From contig MU056000.1 in the NCBI GenBank assembly GCA_013239625.1, positions 14,099,787 to 14,163,786 of the forward strand: DNA of 64,000 nt. Reading direction: 5' to 3'. The translations under genes were made by a program, and so were the position numbers. Source of the stretch: Lama guanicoe. Taxonomy: Eukaryota. Below are positions 49,095-61,808 of the stretch, in pieces; the stretch's first letter is position 1, and every line of letters begins with the position of its first letter. Under the pieces are notes generated by a model. It did not search any database. It was not told where the DNA came from and was given only the letters and a program-made list of their open reading frames with translations.

Positions 49095-51030
49095 AGTAAG
49101 AGCAACAACTGGCTCATGTTTACCAATATTTTCTCTCTTCCCTCCTGGACATTCAGCTGTCTTATGTTTCCTTCCCTTTCTTACAGGTGTGGTTCTGTTC
49201 ACTAAATTCTTGCTGAAGGAAGATGGATGAAAGTGGCAAGAACTACACCTAGGCCTGGCCCGTGAAAGACTCCCAGATGATCCTATACTCAGAGTAGGGT
49301 AAGGCAGCCAAGGTGGAAGGACCTTGGTCTCTGAATGACCATATGGAACAGAATTACCCTTAGTTCCAACTAACCTTTATTTGAGCTCGATATAAACTTC
49401 TATTGTGTTAAGCTACTAACTTTGTGGGGTTTGTCTGTTAGAGCTGTTAGTATTCCTCTCCAACTAATATCAAAATTAGTATTAGTACCTTATAGTCAGG
49501 TTCTGTTATCATGTTACAAAATAGAAAGGTTTGGTAAAATTATCACCTGCTGTAACTTAGAAGGCCAACAGCTAAGGGATAAATCCGTTGGACTACGATG
49601 GCTGTTTATGGCTGCCTTCACAACAGTGTTGAGAACGAGATTAGCTCAGTGAGTATTCAAGTACAGAGAGAGCGAAGGGAATAGATAGTTCAGAGCTTTA
49701 AAAGTTTGTAAAAGCTGACTGTAATACAGTCCAGCAACTGAAATGTAGGTCTAGCAATATTTTTTATTCTAAAAGAGAAAGAAAGAAAGAAAGCTTGTTA
49801 AGATACGTCAGTTGAATGAAATGACATGGTTTGCACAGACAATCAGATGAAGAATCTCACCTCCACACTCAGCTCTTTTGTTCCAGATCACCTCAAGGTA
49901 GCCAGAACTGATTTGGGAGAAAGAAGGGGCACAGAGGTGAGATGTAAGGAAATAAAGGAGAGCTTAAATTCTGTCTAGGTACTAACATATGGAAATGAAT
50001 AGGGACAAATCAATCAGGAGTCTGCCAGTTTTTGAGGAAATCTTAATTTTAAAGAAAAACTGAGCTCATGCGAAAAAAGTTCTAGCACCTTGAGACTCAC
50101 ATCAACCTTTGCACCCTGAGGCTGGCCCATACAGGTGGCAGGTTTGCCAGAAGAATTCCTCAGGTGATAAGAGGGGCTCACCAGTGACTACTTAAAATAT
50201 ATCGGAAGGAAAAATAGAAGGAAATAGCACGTATAAAGTAAAGCCAGGTGCCTGATATAGAATATGACCAGAGAGTTCCTCTCATTTGGTGGATTCTGAG
50301 TCTCATCCCCAGGAGTTTTTCAAAATTAATACGGACTGGGAACTTCTGAACTTCTGTTTGCATTCCCCCCATCTCCTTTTTTTTCTTCTTCTTTCTGGGA
50401 GAGAATTTTACTGTGGTTCTCCTATCCAAGTTCTGCTCTTGACTTTGGGTATGTGTATAAAGTGGGTGCACTGTCTTTTGGACCTTGATCTTTTGGAGAA
50501 TACAAAGCACCCAGAGAGTTTGGACATTTTACAGTGAGAAGGCACAACCATCTCCTTGAGATGGGATGACTATTGTCTTCCACCTTGTTTGGAAGATGAA
50601 GATTGAATCATATTTGATGACAAGAAGGAAAAATTGTGGTAGATACTGGCTCACTGTTTACTAAACTTATGTTCCAGCTTTCTGTACAGCTAGACTAACT
50701 TCCCAGTCCCCCTAAAAGTTAAAGGCAGCCTTATGACTCAATTGAAATCTAGGTGGAAATGATTAACTCACTTCTAGGCATGGCCCATACAATCCTCTCT
50801 TGTGATTAGTCCTTCATTTGCTCCACTCATCTCCTGAATGATCACAGAAAACATCGAGGCCTTAGAGAGAGGTTGAGCCACAAGATAGACCCAAATCATT
50901 CCTGAATGACTCTGGGAACAGAGGCCCTCGCTGCTTCCAAAGACTTCAGATGAGTGGAAAATAAAATCACCTGTGTGAAGCCACTGAAATTTGGAGTTTA
51001 CTGCTACAAAGCAAATGGGCCATAATTTCG
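49095..51030 (+). mobile_element. Two-LTR MaLR provirus (MLT1J-like LTR - internal - LTR)
   Basis: LTRs at ~49095-49470 and ~50636-51030 share ordered motifs in the same orientation (ACTGGCTCA..GTTTAC; CTAGGC.TGGCCC; CTGAATGAC…GGAACAGA; TGTG..AAGC.ACT.A) and flank ~1.15 kb of MLT-int-like sequence. Confidence 0.75.
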
Positions 51031-54000
51031 GTAGGATTTAATTTGGCTAATAACTTTAAATTAAATGCAAATAAGCACAACATTACCTATGGTTAAAAGT
51101 GGGGGAAGTAGTCACGCTTATTCTCTTCTATAAAAGCAATGCAGGGACGGTCTTTTTAGGTAACAGTACCATACAGTCTGCCTCAGACTTTTAAATGGGT
51201 GCATGCTTTGACTGAGCAATTGTAATTGTGGGATTTTTTTTCCAAAGTGGAAAAATGTGAACAATTGTGCAACAATATAAACAGAAGGGCACTCATGCTG
51301 GTGGAGTTAGTTTATAAGGACACAAAAGTGTAAATCAAAAAAGGCTAGTTAAATATTTCTTTCTTTTTTTAAATTTACTTGTGCAGGCACACATGTTTGT
51401 AGTAACACAGATTGAAAAAAAAAGTTGTCCCTTTCCTTTGCCTGGATGTAAGACCAGAACAGGAAATAGAATTACACTGATTATCCAAAAAAGGAATTTC
51501 AGTGTCATAAGAAGTCACCAAAGTAGGGAATTCGGAGCATGTTCTTTGGTCCTAAGAGGCAAGTATTTGAGGACAGACTCTGCTACCTACTTCATATGAA
51601 ATCTGGGACAAGATACTTGGCTGGAAATTAAAATAATAACAGTTCTCAAAATCATTTTGAATGCCATCTATCATATGTGTTAAGTGTTTCATACAGTATC
51701 TGACGTACATCAGATGCTCCGAGAGACTGTTAAGGTTCTTATGATGATGATTAACCACCACTTTCATTACTGGCAAGGGAATCACTATATAATGATTTGT
51801 TAGGTATAAAAAGGTGGTTATAGAGCACCCTATGAAGTATGCTCCCATGTTTTAAAACATGTAGACAGGATGGATACACATTTCCCAAAATACGCTTCCT
51901 TTTTGGTACAGACATCTGAGAGGGGTCTGAATTATTCCATGATGGCCTCTTTTCAGTTGTTTCATTTGACCTCCTGCCGATTTACATCTTAAATAAAGAC
52001 TTAAATAAAGACTTATTTATATACTTTAAAAGCGACATGCCGAGTTGTTTGCTTGGAACCTCATTATGTTCGACCAGGTGAGATAATGAAAGCAGTCCAC
52101 ACAAAGCCCAACACTTACACACTGCTTTGGGGAGTATTAAATGGCAGGAGCAAAGCTCCCATTTTGGGAAAATGACCAAACAAACTGTCACAGGCAGATG
52201 ACTCCCTGTGCATATTTCTGTCTCTTTTCTGTACTCTAACTGCCCCATGAGCCAGACACTTAATCTCCATTCCGTGGGAGCAAGAAATGAAATAATTTGG
52301 AAGTTAAAAGAAAAAAAGAAAAAAGAATTCATGCTATTACAAGCAGAACCTTAGCTATATTAGGCACTTAAATATATTAAATTAGATTTTATTTAAATTA
52401 GGCCTTCAAACAACAAATAGCATCCACACATACCGAGGTGAATGCAAATTGAGTAATTTTAAACAAGAAGAAGCATTTTTAGAAGCCCTAAAATGAAGAG
52501 TAATTACACTCATTTAGGTAACCATCAAATCTATAGGACTTAGCTTTCAAGTGAATTAAGCATTGAAGAAGGATAGATTTATTTGACAGTTTGTTGAAGA
52601 GCTCCTCTGAATTGCAGTATTTTTGGTTGATATGCACGTGTACAAGACCAACTACTTTGAAAATGAAGTGCTGTGAAAAATGTCAAGAGATCAATTTGGT
52701 GTAATCACTGCTCTGGACTTAAGCACTGTGGAATGAAGTACAGTAAATTATTGAAGTGTCTCATTTTGAAGGGCACATTAAATAGCATTTAATTATATCT
52801 GTTCAAAACATGAAGGCCTTTTTAGTGCAACATTCCAAAATATCTTAAATTAGAATGAAAAATCTGTCTGAAACATTGGTATGCTCACAGACAGACACTA
52901 AGCATCTCAGAACTTTCCAAATAAAGGTTTCATTAACCCTCAAAAGAAGTATTTCCTATTTAGTGGCTTATCTATTGCTAATCTTACCTCTAAATTCTTA
53001 CTGACTGTGTCTGCTCTAAGTGTTGACATCTCAAACAATCTCTATTTACTCTTACTTAGCATGATGCCTATAGCCCTGCAGGGAACCCCTTTGAATTCAC
53101 ACACTTAATTACTTTCTTCTCTCCAGGGAAGTGTTATTCTGGCAAAAGGAGAGGGGAAAGAGTTTATTAAACTGTGCCATAAACTAGACAGTAATATTAT
53201 AAAAGGGCTGTATTTAAAAGGAGAGGGAGAAATAGTACAGAAAAGTTATCTAAAACTTGGAAATAAGGTAATGGGAAGATGTCCTGTCCTTTCAATGCCT
53301 TATTTTAATAGAGTGGCCATGGATTATCTAAGTTATCTAGATGAAACATCTCTTTGTCTTATGCGCTCTCTACTATTGATTAAAGGTCAATACTGTGTAA
53401 ATTGCATGATAACATGTAGATTTTTTTGTCAGATCAAATGCAAATGGTTCTGTCCATTAGCAAGATAATATCAAAGGTTATGATTATGTCCTGAAGGACA
53501 TCAATCAGCTTTCTAGCTAGGCAACTAATCTTATTTTAGTCCAACATTCAATGTTCAAATGTGGATAAATACCCAAATCTTCAAATGCATTTGAATCACC
53601 TCTATTATTCTACTGTATCTCTCACTGATGAGATTATTCAAGTTGTACACATGTTCATTTTACATTATTTGATAATCACAGTGGACTGTGCCCTGGCAAA
53701 CAGATGCCAGGCGAACAGATTTTTGGTATTTTGAAGCTCAAAAGCGATTTGATATTTTTGAATACTTGAAAGTGACGTTCACAGTAATTTTTGCTGTTCT
53801 TTTAAATACTAAAATAATGCTACTTCTTACTATTATGCCGTCTTATTATATATAATATATAATATTAACCCATTATCTATGTCATCTTTGTTTTAATTTC
53901 ATCTGACTTTCTGAAGCAGGACTTAAGGAATACAATTTGTCCTATGTGTTTTATAGTCCATAAAGTGTTTATTTCTTTTCAACCTGTGATTATTTTTATG

Positions 54001-54739
54001 TGCAGTAAAGCATGGGTTGTCAGCTGAATATGTTGAAATGTATAATCTTTAAACCCTTTATGGAGAATTCTGGGAATAGCACATCTTTTCCTATATATTT
54101 TCAACTGACAGTCAATGGGAAGTTAAAATTACAGCTACAGTTGGAGACCACTTTCTACTAAAAAGTCAGAAAATAAATTCTGCTGCCAGGTTGCCTGCTT
54201 CAGATTATCCCTTGCTATAAAAAGACTGTTAACAAAATTATTTTTAATAAATATTTGTTGATTTTGGCAGTTGAGCCCCTGAGGTAAATTTAAAATCTAT
54301 TAATGGGAACAGAGTTAGACCAATAGAAGGAAAACTAAATGGTCCTGAAAAAAAATGAGAAAATTGAAAAAGTTATTAAATACTCTCTAATATATAGCAA
54401 CTCTTTTTTTCCTTTGAGGATAGTTCTTATTTTAATTTGAAATCTCATGTTGTTTCTTACTACTGGGAGTTCCTATAAAATATTAAAATTATAATTATAT
54501 AAATAATCCATGCAAACAGAAATAAGTATATTGTATATTATTATTCATTTATATTTATATTTGTATTTTTATTTATGTGAATAATAACAGGTACATAAGA
54601 ATAGAAAAGATATATGCGCAAGAAATAATATAAATACTCTATTCACATAATTTTGAAAACACCTATAATGACTTTTTGTTTAATAAAATAGTATCCGTAT
54701 GAGTAACTTTCGATGTTTTGTCATTTCAATGCTAATTGA

Positions 54740-55052
54740 AAGGAGAGAGGTGGGGTGGGCAAAACCAGTAGAGGTGGTCAAAAGGTACAAACCTCTAGTT
54801 ATAAACTAAGCTCTGGGGATGTAAGGTGCTGCATGGTGACTATTGTTAATAATATTGTATCGTATATTTGAAAGTCACTGACAGAGATCTTAAAAGTTCT
54901 CATCACAAGAAAAAAAAATTGTCACTACGCGTGGTGATGAACGTTAAGGAGACATTGTGGTGATCATTTCACAATTTATACAGATGTTGAATCGTTATGT
55001 TGCATACTTCAAACTAATATGTTATATGTCACTTCTATCTCAATTTTTTTTA
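54740..55052 (+). mobile_element. L1 (L1MA9-like) 3' end
   Basis: GGTCAAAAGGTACAAAC…GCATGGTGACTATTGTTAATAATATTGTAT…GATCTTAAAAGTTCTCATCACAAG; TSD-like AATGCTAA / AATGCCAA. Confidence 0.88.
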
Positions 55053-55243
55053 AATGCCAAACTTCTAGACACTATTTTTAGAAACTAATATATCCCAAAT
55101 TCCCATATTAGACAAAATTGTAACACAGGTGTAACAGCAACAAGCCCAAACTCAACATTTGAAAGAAGAGTCATGTAAGTAAGAATCTAGCGGAAGCAAA
55201 GCATGAATCCTAACCCCGATACAAAGGTTCTGGGGTAGCTCAC

Positions 55244-55347
55244 GAAAGGAAAGAAGGAAGGAAGAAAGAAAGGGAGGAAGGAGAAAGAGAGAGAGATAAA
55301 GACAGAGAGAGAGAGAGAGAGAGCAAAAGAAAGAGGGTGGGAGGGAA
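55244..55347. repeat. GA-rich low-complexity / (GA)n tract
   Basis: Direct inspection. Confidence 0.85.
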
Positions 55348-55739
55348 TTATTCCTAGCAACTTTCAGTAAGAAATTTCAAACTCTTTTGAATTCTAACAT
55401 CTCCTGCCCCCCACGTCATTGCTCCCCCGCCCCCACTCTCTCTAACAGATTTTTACCACTAAAACAGCTCAGTGTAACTAAACATAGCACCACAAAGCCA
55501 TTGAATACCATCTCTTACAGACAACTGACCATTAAAAGCAAACTGGGGAAAGGGATCATTTGCAATAAGGTGATACTCCACACTCAAGACATTGTGCATT
55601 TTTGCTGTGTGATTTTGATGTTTTGAAATCTGATAGTTCAAATAAAATGATAAAGTATCACCAAAGAGCTATACATTTATCCCATATATCTGCCTTGTTT
55701 TTCCCACTCTCTACAGTATTATAGGTGGACAGAGAAGTT

Positions 55740-55950
55740 ATAACTCAGGAGATAATGGACTCTGGTGCTAGGATGCGTCATTTCAAATTCTAGCTCTGTC
55801 CTCACCTCCCTTTCTGGTGAAGGACAAGTGGCTTAGTCTCCATTTTCTTGCTGCTTACTTGTAAATTGTATGTAAAAACAGTATGTGCTTTGGAAGGATG
55901 CTGTGAGCATTAAATTAGAATGGCATCCGCTTCATTTTAAATGCTGTTGA
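55740..55950 (+). mobile_element. MIR
   Basis: TGGACTCTGG…TTCAAATTCTAGCTCTG…GGACAAGTGGCTTA…TGCTGTGAGCATTAAAT. Confidence 0.65.
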
Positions 55951-56184
55951 AGCATTAGATATCAGCAAACAATCAGAATTGCGTATGTCATGATGTTTAA
56001 AAAGGACAGTAAGTCTGTAATGTGCTTTTATACAAGTCCAGGAAAGATACAGAATTGGAATTCTTATTGACCTTAACTAGATTAAATAAGAATAACTTAT
56101 TAGGTTTTATATTAGACTAAAACATGTTAGGAAACACACTCATGTTCATTGTTTATGTCGTAGTTGTCAAAGAGAGCAGGTCAA

Positions 56185-56400
56185 AGCTAGGAACAAGAGC
56201 TCTGGCATTAGAATGCCTGAGTTCATATCCTATTCCTTTACTGACTGACTGTGTTATCTTAAGCAAGTAATGTTTTTGTCTCAGTTTCTGTATCTGTAAA
56301 ATGGAACTCGAAATTTAACTCAAAGACCTCTCATGAGTTAATGTGCATAAGAAAATACAACAAAGCCTGCGGTGCAGTGAAAGTTCAATGAAAGAAAAAC
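56185..56400 (+). mobile_element. MIR
   Basis: GCCTGAGTTCATATCCT…TGTGTTATCTTAAGCAAGT…TCTCAGTTTCTGTATCTGTAAAATGG. Confidence 0.75.
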
Positions 56401-56604
56401 TCTACGAACAGTGTGACTGGTAGCAGTAGTAGTAAATAATTTCATGTTATCTCAGCTCATCTTCAAAACCATCTCCCAATAATTTTGTGAGGTGTTGAAA
56501 CCATTTGGTAGATAAGGAAAATATGGCTCAGAGAGACAAAACCATGACTGATTCAACTGGAATTTGAACTTGAGTCTACTTGGCCCCCCAAATATCCTCC
56601 CTCC

Positions 56605-57098
56605 AGCACATCAGCTAATCTTGGGGTTGTTCAGGCAATCATGTGGGGGCTGGAGACTCTTTTGAGGTATCTGAGAGATGACAAATGTTTCCATTACGCT
56701 AGTAAGATGTTGCATTCCTTTTGCATTTTCATACCCTCTTGGGTGTTCAGTGGAGTTTTCCAGAGACTACAAGATGTGTGATATTGCAATAGATTGCAAG
56801 CATAAAAAGATATGTAAATGAATTATCCTGTATTAAGTCAGACATTAAAGAAATCTGCAAAAACATAAGACAATGCCACTCTTCTTACCACTTTTTGTTT
56901 TTGAAAGTAGTTATTTTTCATAAAACAGATGACATGCTAATATGCAAAGTTATTATTTTATAAAAGTAAATATTTTAATATTTTTTACTGTTAATTTCCT
57001 ATATGAAAAATATTGATAGATATAATCCATGTAAATAAAAGCTCTTATGGGATCCATAAATTAGGATTATATGAGAACAAAAAGTTTGAGAACCATTG
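56605..57098. mobile_element. Charlie1-family (Charlie1b-like) hAT element
   Basis: CAGTGGAGTTTTCCAGAGACTAC…TATTAAGTCAGACATTAAAGA…CAATGCCACTCTTCT…AAAAAGTTTGAGAACCATTG. Confidence 0.8.
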
Positions 57099-57759
57099 CT
57101 TTGTGCCGTTTTACTTCAGTCACCCACAGAGGTAGCAAGTGCAACAGATAATTCAATTAATTCTTCCCAATCATGTTTCTTCTTAAAAGAATAAAACATC
57201 AAAACTGCTTAATTCGCATACCTTGGTTGGAGCATCTCTAACAATCACACTGTACAATCTTTACTATCTAAGACTAAGCCTAAGAGAGGTACCTGAGTCA
57301 AGCTGGCTAATCGTCTTGTCTCTTGAGAATCTAGAATTCAGATTTTAGTTGATACAGCGTATTAAGATGATTGCAGGTACTTAAAGTGAAAATTGATCTA
57401 GTCTATGAAGTAACATCAGTGACATGGTGAGCCACAGCCACCCACAAGTGCCAAAATTATGCAGAGGCGGAAAAAGCATGAGTAAGCAAAAAAAGATAGT
57501 TGGCAGAAAGAACCAAAATTATGGAGTGGGCGAGGAGAGAGAAACAGAGACAAGAGGCAATCATTTCAGCCGCCAACTAGGATGAAGCAACCCTGATTAC
57601 TAACATCCAGTCCCAGTCTCCACGAACCAGTTAAATCTCATTTCCTGATTTAGGATGTTCTTAAGATAGGCTGTGTTTCCTCCTCATTGATATTTCTCTT
57701 TTAAGATATTTGCATTACTGTGAAATGTATCTGTTCCTGCAATAAATTTGTATTGACAT

Positions 57760-58735
57760 GTAGCAAACATATACACATTACTGATGTTTATGAAGTGAAA
57801 GCATTTCTGTAGTCACCACTCGGCTCAAAAAGTAGAACATTACTAGTGTTCCAGCTGCCTTGCGCATGCCCCCTTCAGATCACTGACTTCCTACCAAAAG
57901 TAACATTTAACCTTTACCTCTGTAAATTTCCTGGACTGCGTATGAACTTGAAATAATTAAGTGGTATGAGACGTTATCCTTTGTACGTGGTTGTTTTTAC
58001 TTAACATAATATATATATGAGATTTATTCATCTCATACAGTACAGCAGTAGTTTGGTCTTTTCAGTGCTATATAGTATTGCTTTGATGCCAATATGCACT
58101 TATTCAAACTGCTACTGATGTGCACTGCACTGCTTCTATGTGAGGGCCGTAGTGAATAATGTCTTTATAAACTTTAACGTCTTGTCTTTATACATATGCA
58201 TTCTACTGGTTCTGCTTCTGGAAAAAAAAACAAGATTAACACAGGAATATATTTTATTAAGTTTACCGATAAACATGTTTAAATAATCCTTATCTAGTTC
58301 TCATCTATCTAGTTTGCTAAGAATTTTCTTATGAGTTGATATTAAATTGTACTGAATTTTTTTTTATGTATTGAGATAAACATGACATTTTTCTCCTATG
58401 TTCTAGAAAATCTTTGTGTTTCAAACTGAAACCAACCATGTGGGTCTGAAACACACGCAACCTTGCTATTTTTGTATGTTCCTTGATTCAATTTGTTATT
58501 AGTTTTACGATTTTGGCACTTATGTTTAAAGAAATTGGTTTATGTTTTCTTTTTGTTGTAATATCATTGATGCTTGATTTCTATCAACCATTCTTATTTT
58601 TCTATTCTCTAGAAAAATGTACCTAAAAATGCTGTTATCCCAAATTTAAATATTTAGAAGGATTCCCAGCTGATGCCATTAGTCCTAGGAGTTTCTACAG
58701 ATTTCATATTGATTTTAATAGTATCTGACTTTTTA
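57760..58735 (-). mobile_element. Old L1 (L1ME-like) fragments
   Basis: GTAGTCACCACTCGGCTCAAAAAGTAGAACATTACTAG…TGAGATTTATTCAT…TAGTTTGCTAAGAATTTT. Confidence 0.65.
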
Positions 58736-59074
58736 AGTCAAAAGATTTCTAAGAATAAGGAGATCTAGCAATTTATATAGATTTTTACAAGGCCTTAACA
58801 TATCATGTGTCCACCACCAAAAAGGTTACTGTTATTTAAAAATGTACACATAAAACATAGAATTTAATGAAAAGGAATGTGTGACCTCAGACTGTGTCCA
58901 AAAAGCTGTGTTTTTTTTTTTCCAGAAGAGAATTACTTGTAATATTAGGTATATATTGTCCCTTCTACATGTGTATTATATTTAAGAAGGAAAAAAATGT
59001 CAATGCAAAATGGAGCTGTTAAAAAGAAAAGGTCAATTGGTAGACCATCTAAGAGTCTTCGAAAGATGCATCAT

Positions 59075-59548
59075 TGTATTAGTTTCCATTTGTTGCTGTA
59101 ACATCTGGTGACTTAAAGCAACACTCATTTATTATTTCACAGTTCTGGAGGTTAGAATTTCAAAAAGAGTCTAACAGGCTAAAATCAATGTATTAGCAGA
59201 GCTCTATTCCTTCTGGAGACTGGGTAGAATCTGTTCTCTTGCTCATTCCAGCCTCTAGAAGATGCCTGCATTCCTTGGCTTGTGGCTCCTTCCTCCGTCT
59301 CAAAATATAGTGCGCCAACCTTTGCTTCTTCTACTCTCATGTCTCTTCTATCTGATTCTGATCTTTCTACTTCCCTCTTGTTTGGACCTGTGGGATTACA
59401 TTATGCCCACCTGGATAATCCAGGACATTCTCCACATTTTAAGATCCCTAAACACATCTGTAAAGTCCTAGTTGCTATGTATTGTATTTATACATCCTGA
59501 GAATTAGGATGTGGACATCTCTGGAGAGACATTACTCAGCCTACCACA
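59075..59548 (-). mobile_element. MLT1C/D-type MaLR solo LTR
   Basis: TGTATTAGTTTCC…CACAGTTCTGGAGG…CCTGCATTCCTTGGCTTGTGGC…CCCACCTGGATAATCCAGGA…CAGCCTACCACA. Confidence 0.9.
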
Positions 59549-61331
59549 ATGAATTTGTTAAAGATATAAACGTTCAGTGGCTAAGCTCAGTCCAAATGGG
59601 GCTGGCTTGCTGAGAAGTGACAATTTTGATATTACACAGGAAACGTGGCCATCTCACATTAACCAAACTCAGGATAGTGTTAGTCCAGAACACTGATTTG
59701 CATGCTTAAAATAGCATGTAGATTGTAATTACTTTTCCCAGAATAATTACTACAGTCATTCCATATGGATGGACCTAAATGGGAAGTCAATTTAAAAATC
59801 ATAGTTTCTGAGTGAGTGTTGAATCAGAAAAAGATTTACTTACGTAATAGAAAGCTTTGCTATTAATGGAAAAATATAGTGAACCATCCATTTCCACAAA
59901 TGTGGACAGCATCCCTAATAAGACCACAATATCCAGGGTTAATTATCAAAGATTCTTGCTTCCTTCTGAATTTCTAACATGGCCATTGACAGCCTTTGGC
60001 TTTGGGGTCTGCTCTCTGCATCACTTTATTCTACTCTGTGTATGCTACCAATTCCTCTTCCGAATGATCGTCTTCAACATGCTTGTGCCTACTAGCCTAA
60101 GAACCTTCTCTCATTAAAGTGACAGTTCATCTCCATTATGAAACATGTTCTGATTTCACAGATTCACTTTCAATGGCAGTATCACTTCATTTATTTCAGA
60201 ATCCTTGGCTGGAGTGTCAGAGGAATGGGCGTAGGTCTGAAGTGCAGGTGGAAACATTTTCTGAGTCAAAGATTCATGAGCATAATCCTGACAGTTGTAG
60301 GAACTAGAGACATTCAGTTTGGATGGGCATTGGTTATATGTATAAAGAAAAATAACTACATTGAAGAAAACATAATTTTTTAAACTCAGTGTAAGAAAGA
60401 ACTCACAAAACAACTCCATCAAGCTTCTCTCAGGAAATAACGGAGTTCCATGTGATTCAATGCCCTCTGACATTAACTGGCTTGTATTTGGCAGAAGGAA
60501 AATGGAGAAGATTCCAGTACCAGGTTGCTATGAGGTCCCTATAACCTCTGAATTTCTCCCAAAGCTGAGATGCTTTGTTTTCAGAATAGAAATATCAGCT
60601 TTGGAAAAGATACAAACTTCAGCCTGGCCAGATCTGATCTCCCTGTTGTATTTAAACTTTCTTTCTAACTGACTCAGACATTCACCAAAAGAATGAAATG
60701 TAACTACACATTTTTTTTCATTTTTAAAAGTGTTTCCCAGGTGCAAAACAGGAGAGTGGGACTCTTAGTAAGAGGAAAAAGAGGTAAAAGAAGAGATACC
60801 ACAGATGAAGCCTTAAAGGGCATTGTTCTACCAACATTTTATTTGACTGTGCTTCTAGTTAACGTCTCTGTTCTCCTAGTCCTAGCACTTTTTGGGAAAT
60901 GAGGCTGAGTAGAAAGTACACAACTTGCAAAATAAAAATTAGATATAATTTGCACATTTGATACTTTAGTCAATGTTAGGAATAATAAAGGGTTAACTTC
61001 ACCCAAAACAAAAGTTAGAAGACGCTGCTAAAATTACCACAGAACTAGACTTCTCCTTGCTTAGGTACACAAAGGACAAGAGTACCTTTAAAGTCTTGCA
61101 GTTAATATCAGTTAACCCTTAATAAGGAAAATTAATGCTGTGCTATATAGCACCATTACTTTCTGACATATTAAAATAATAAATAATAACAATATGTAAA
61201 TTTTACTCTTCAGGATGTAAAGGGGTTGGGAACAAACATTTGTGTAGGGCACAGTCTTCGTGATGCTGTTACCCTTGCAATTATTGTACTGTCTAAAATT
61301 CTTAACAGAATTGGGCATTTGAGCTAAGACA

Positions 61332-61808
61332 TTGTCTGTCATGATCTGTGACCCCCATAAGTCTAGCCTCTTGCTACTTGTGTACCTGCGTATTCCCTCC
61401 TGACGTTCACTGGGGCCGCGCTGTATAAACAACAAGGAACTAGACAGTGTGACTTTGAAGAAAGCTTCTACCTTGTGCCCTCTTGGATTGTTCACTCTGG
61501 GGGAAGCCAGCTACCGTATCATGTGGACACTGAAGCAGAAGGCCAGACGGGAAGAGACTGAGACAGCCTGCCAACATGCCGCATGCAGGTGAGCGAGTCT
61601 TGCAGACTTACTCAAGATTTCAGAAGATGGAAGCCCTTGCTAACACTTCCGGAAGGTGACCTCATAAGAGAATCTGAGCCCAAACCACCCAATTTAGTTG
61701 CTCCTGATTTCACGACACACAAAAACTAGATGAGATATTAAGTATTTATCGTTATTTAAGCTGTGGAGTTTTGGAGTAATTTGTTATACAGCAATAGGGT
61801 ACTGATAA
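61332..61808 (+). mobile_element. MLT1F-type MaLR LTR
   Basis: CACTCTGGGGGAAGCCAGCT…CCTGCCAAC…TTTTGGAGTAATTTGTTATACAGCAATAG. Confidence 0.8.
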
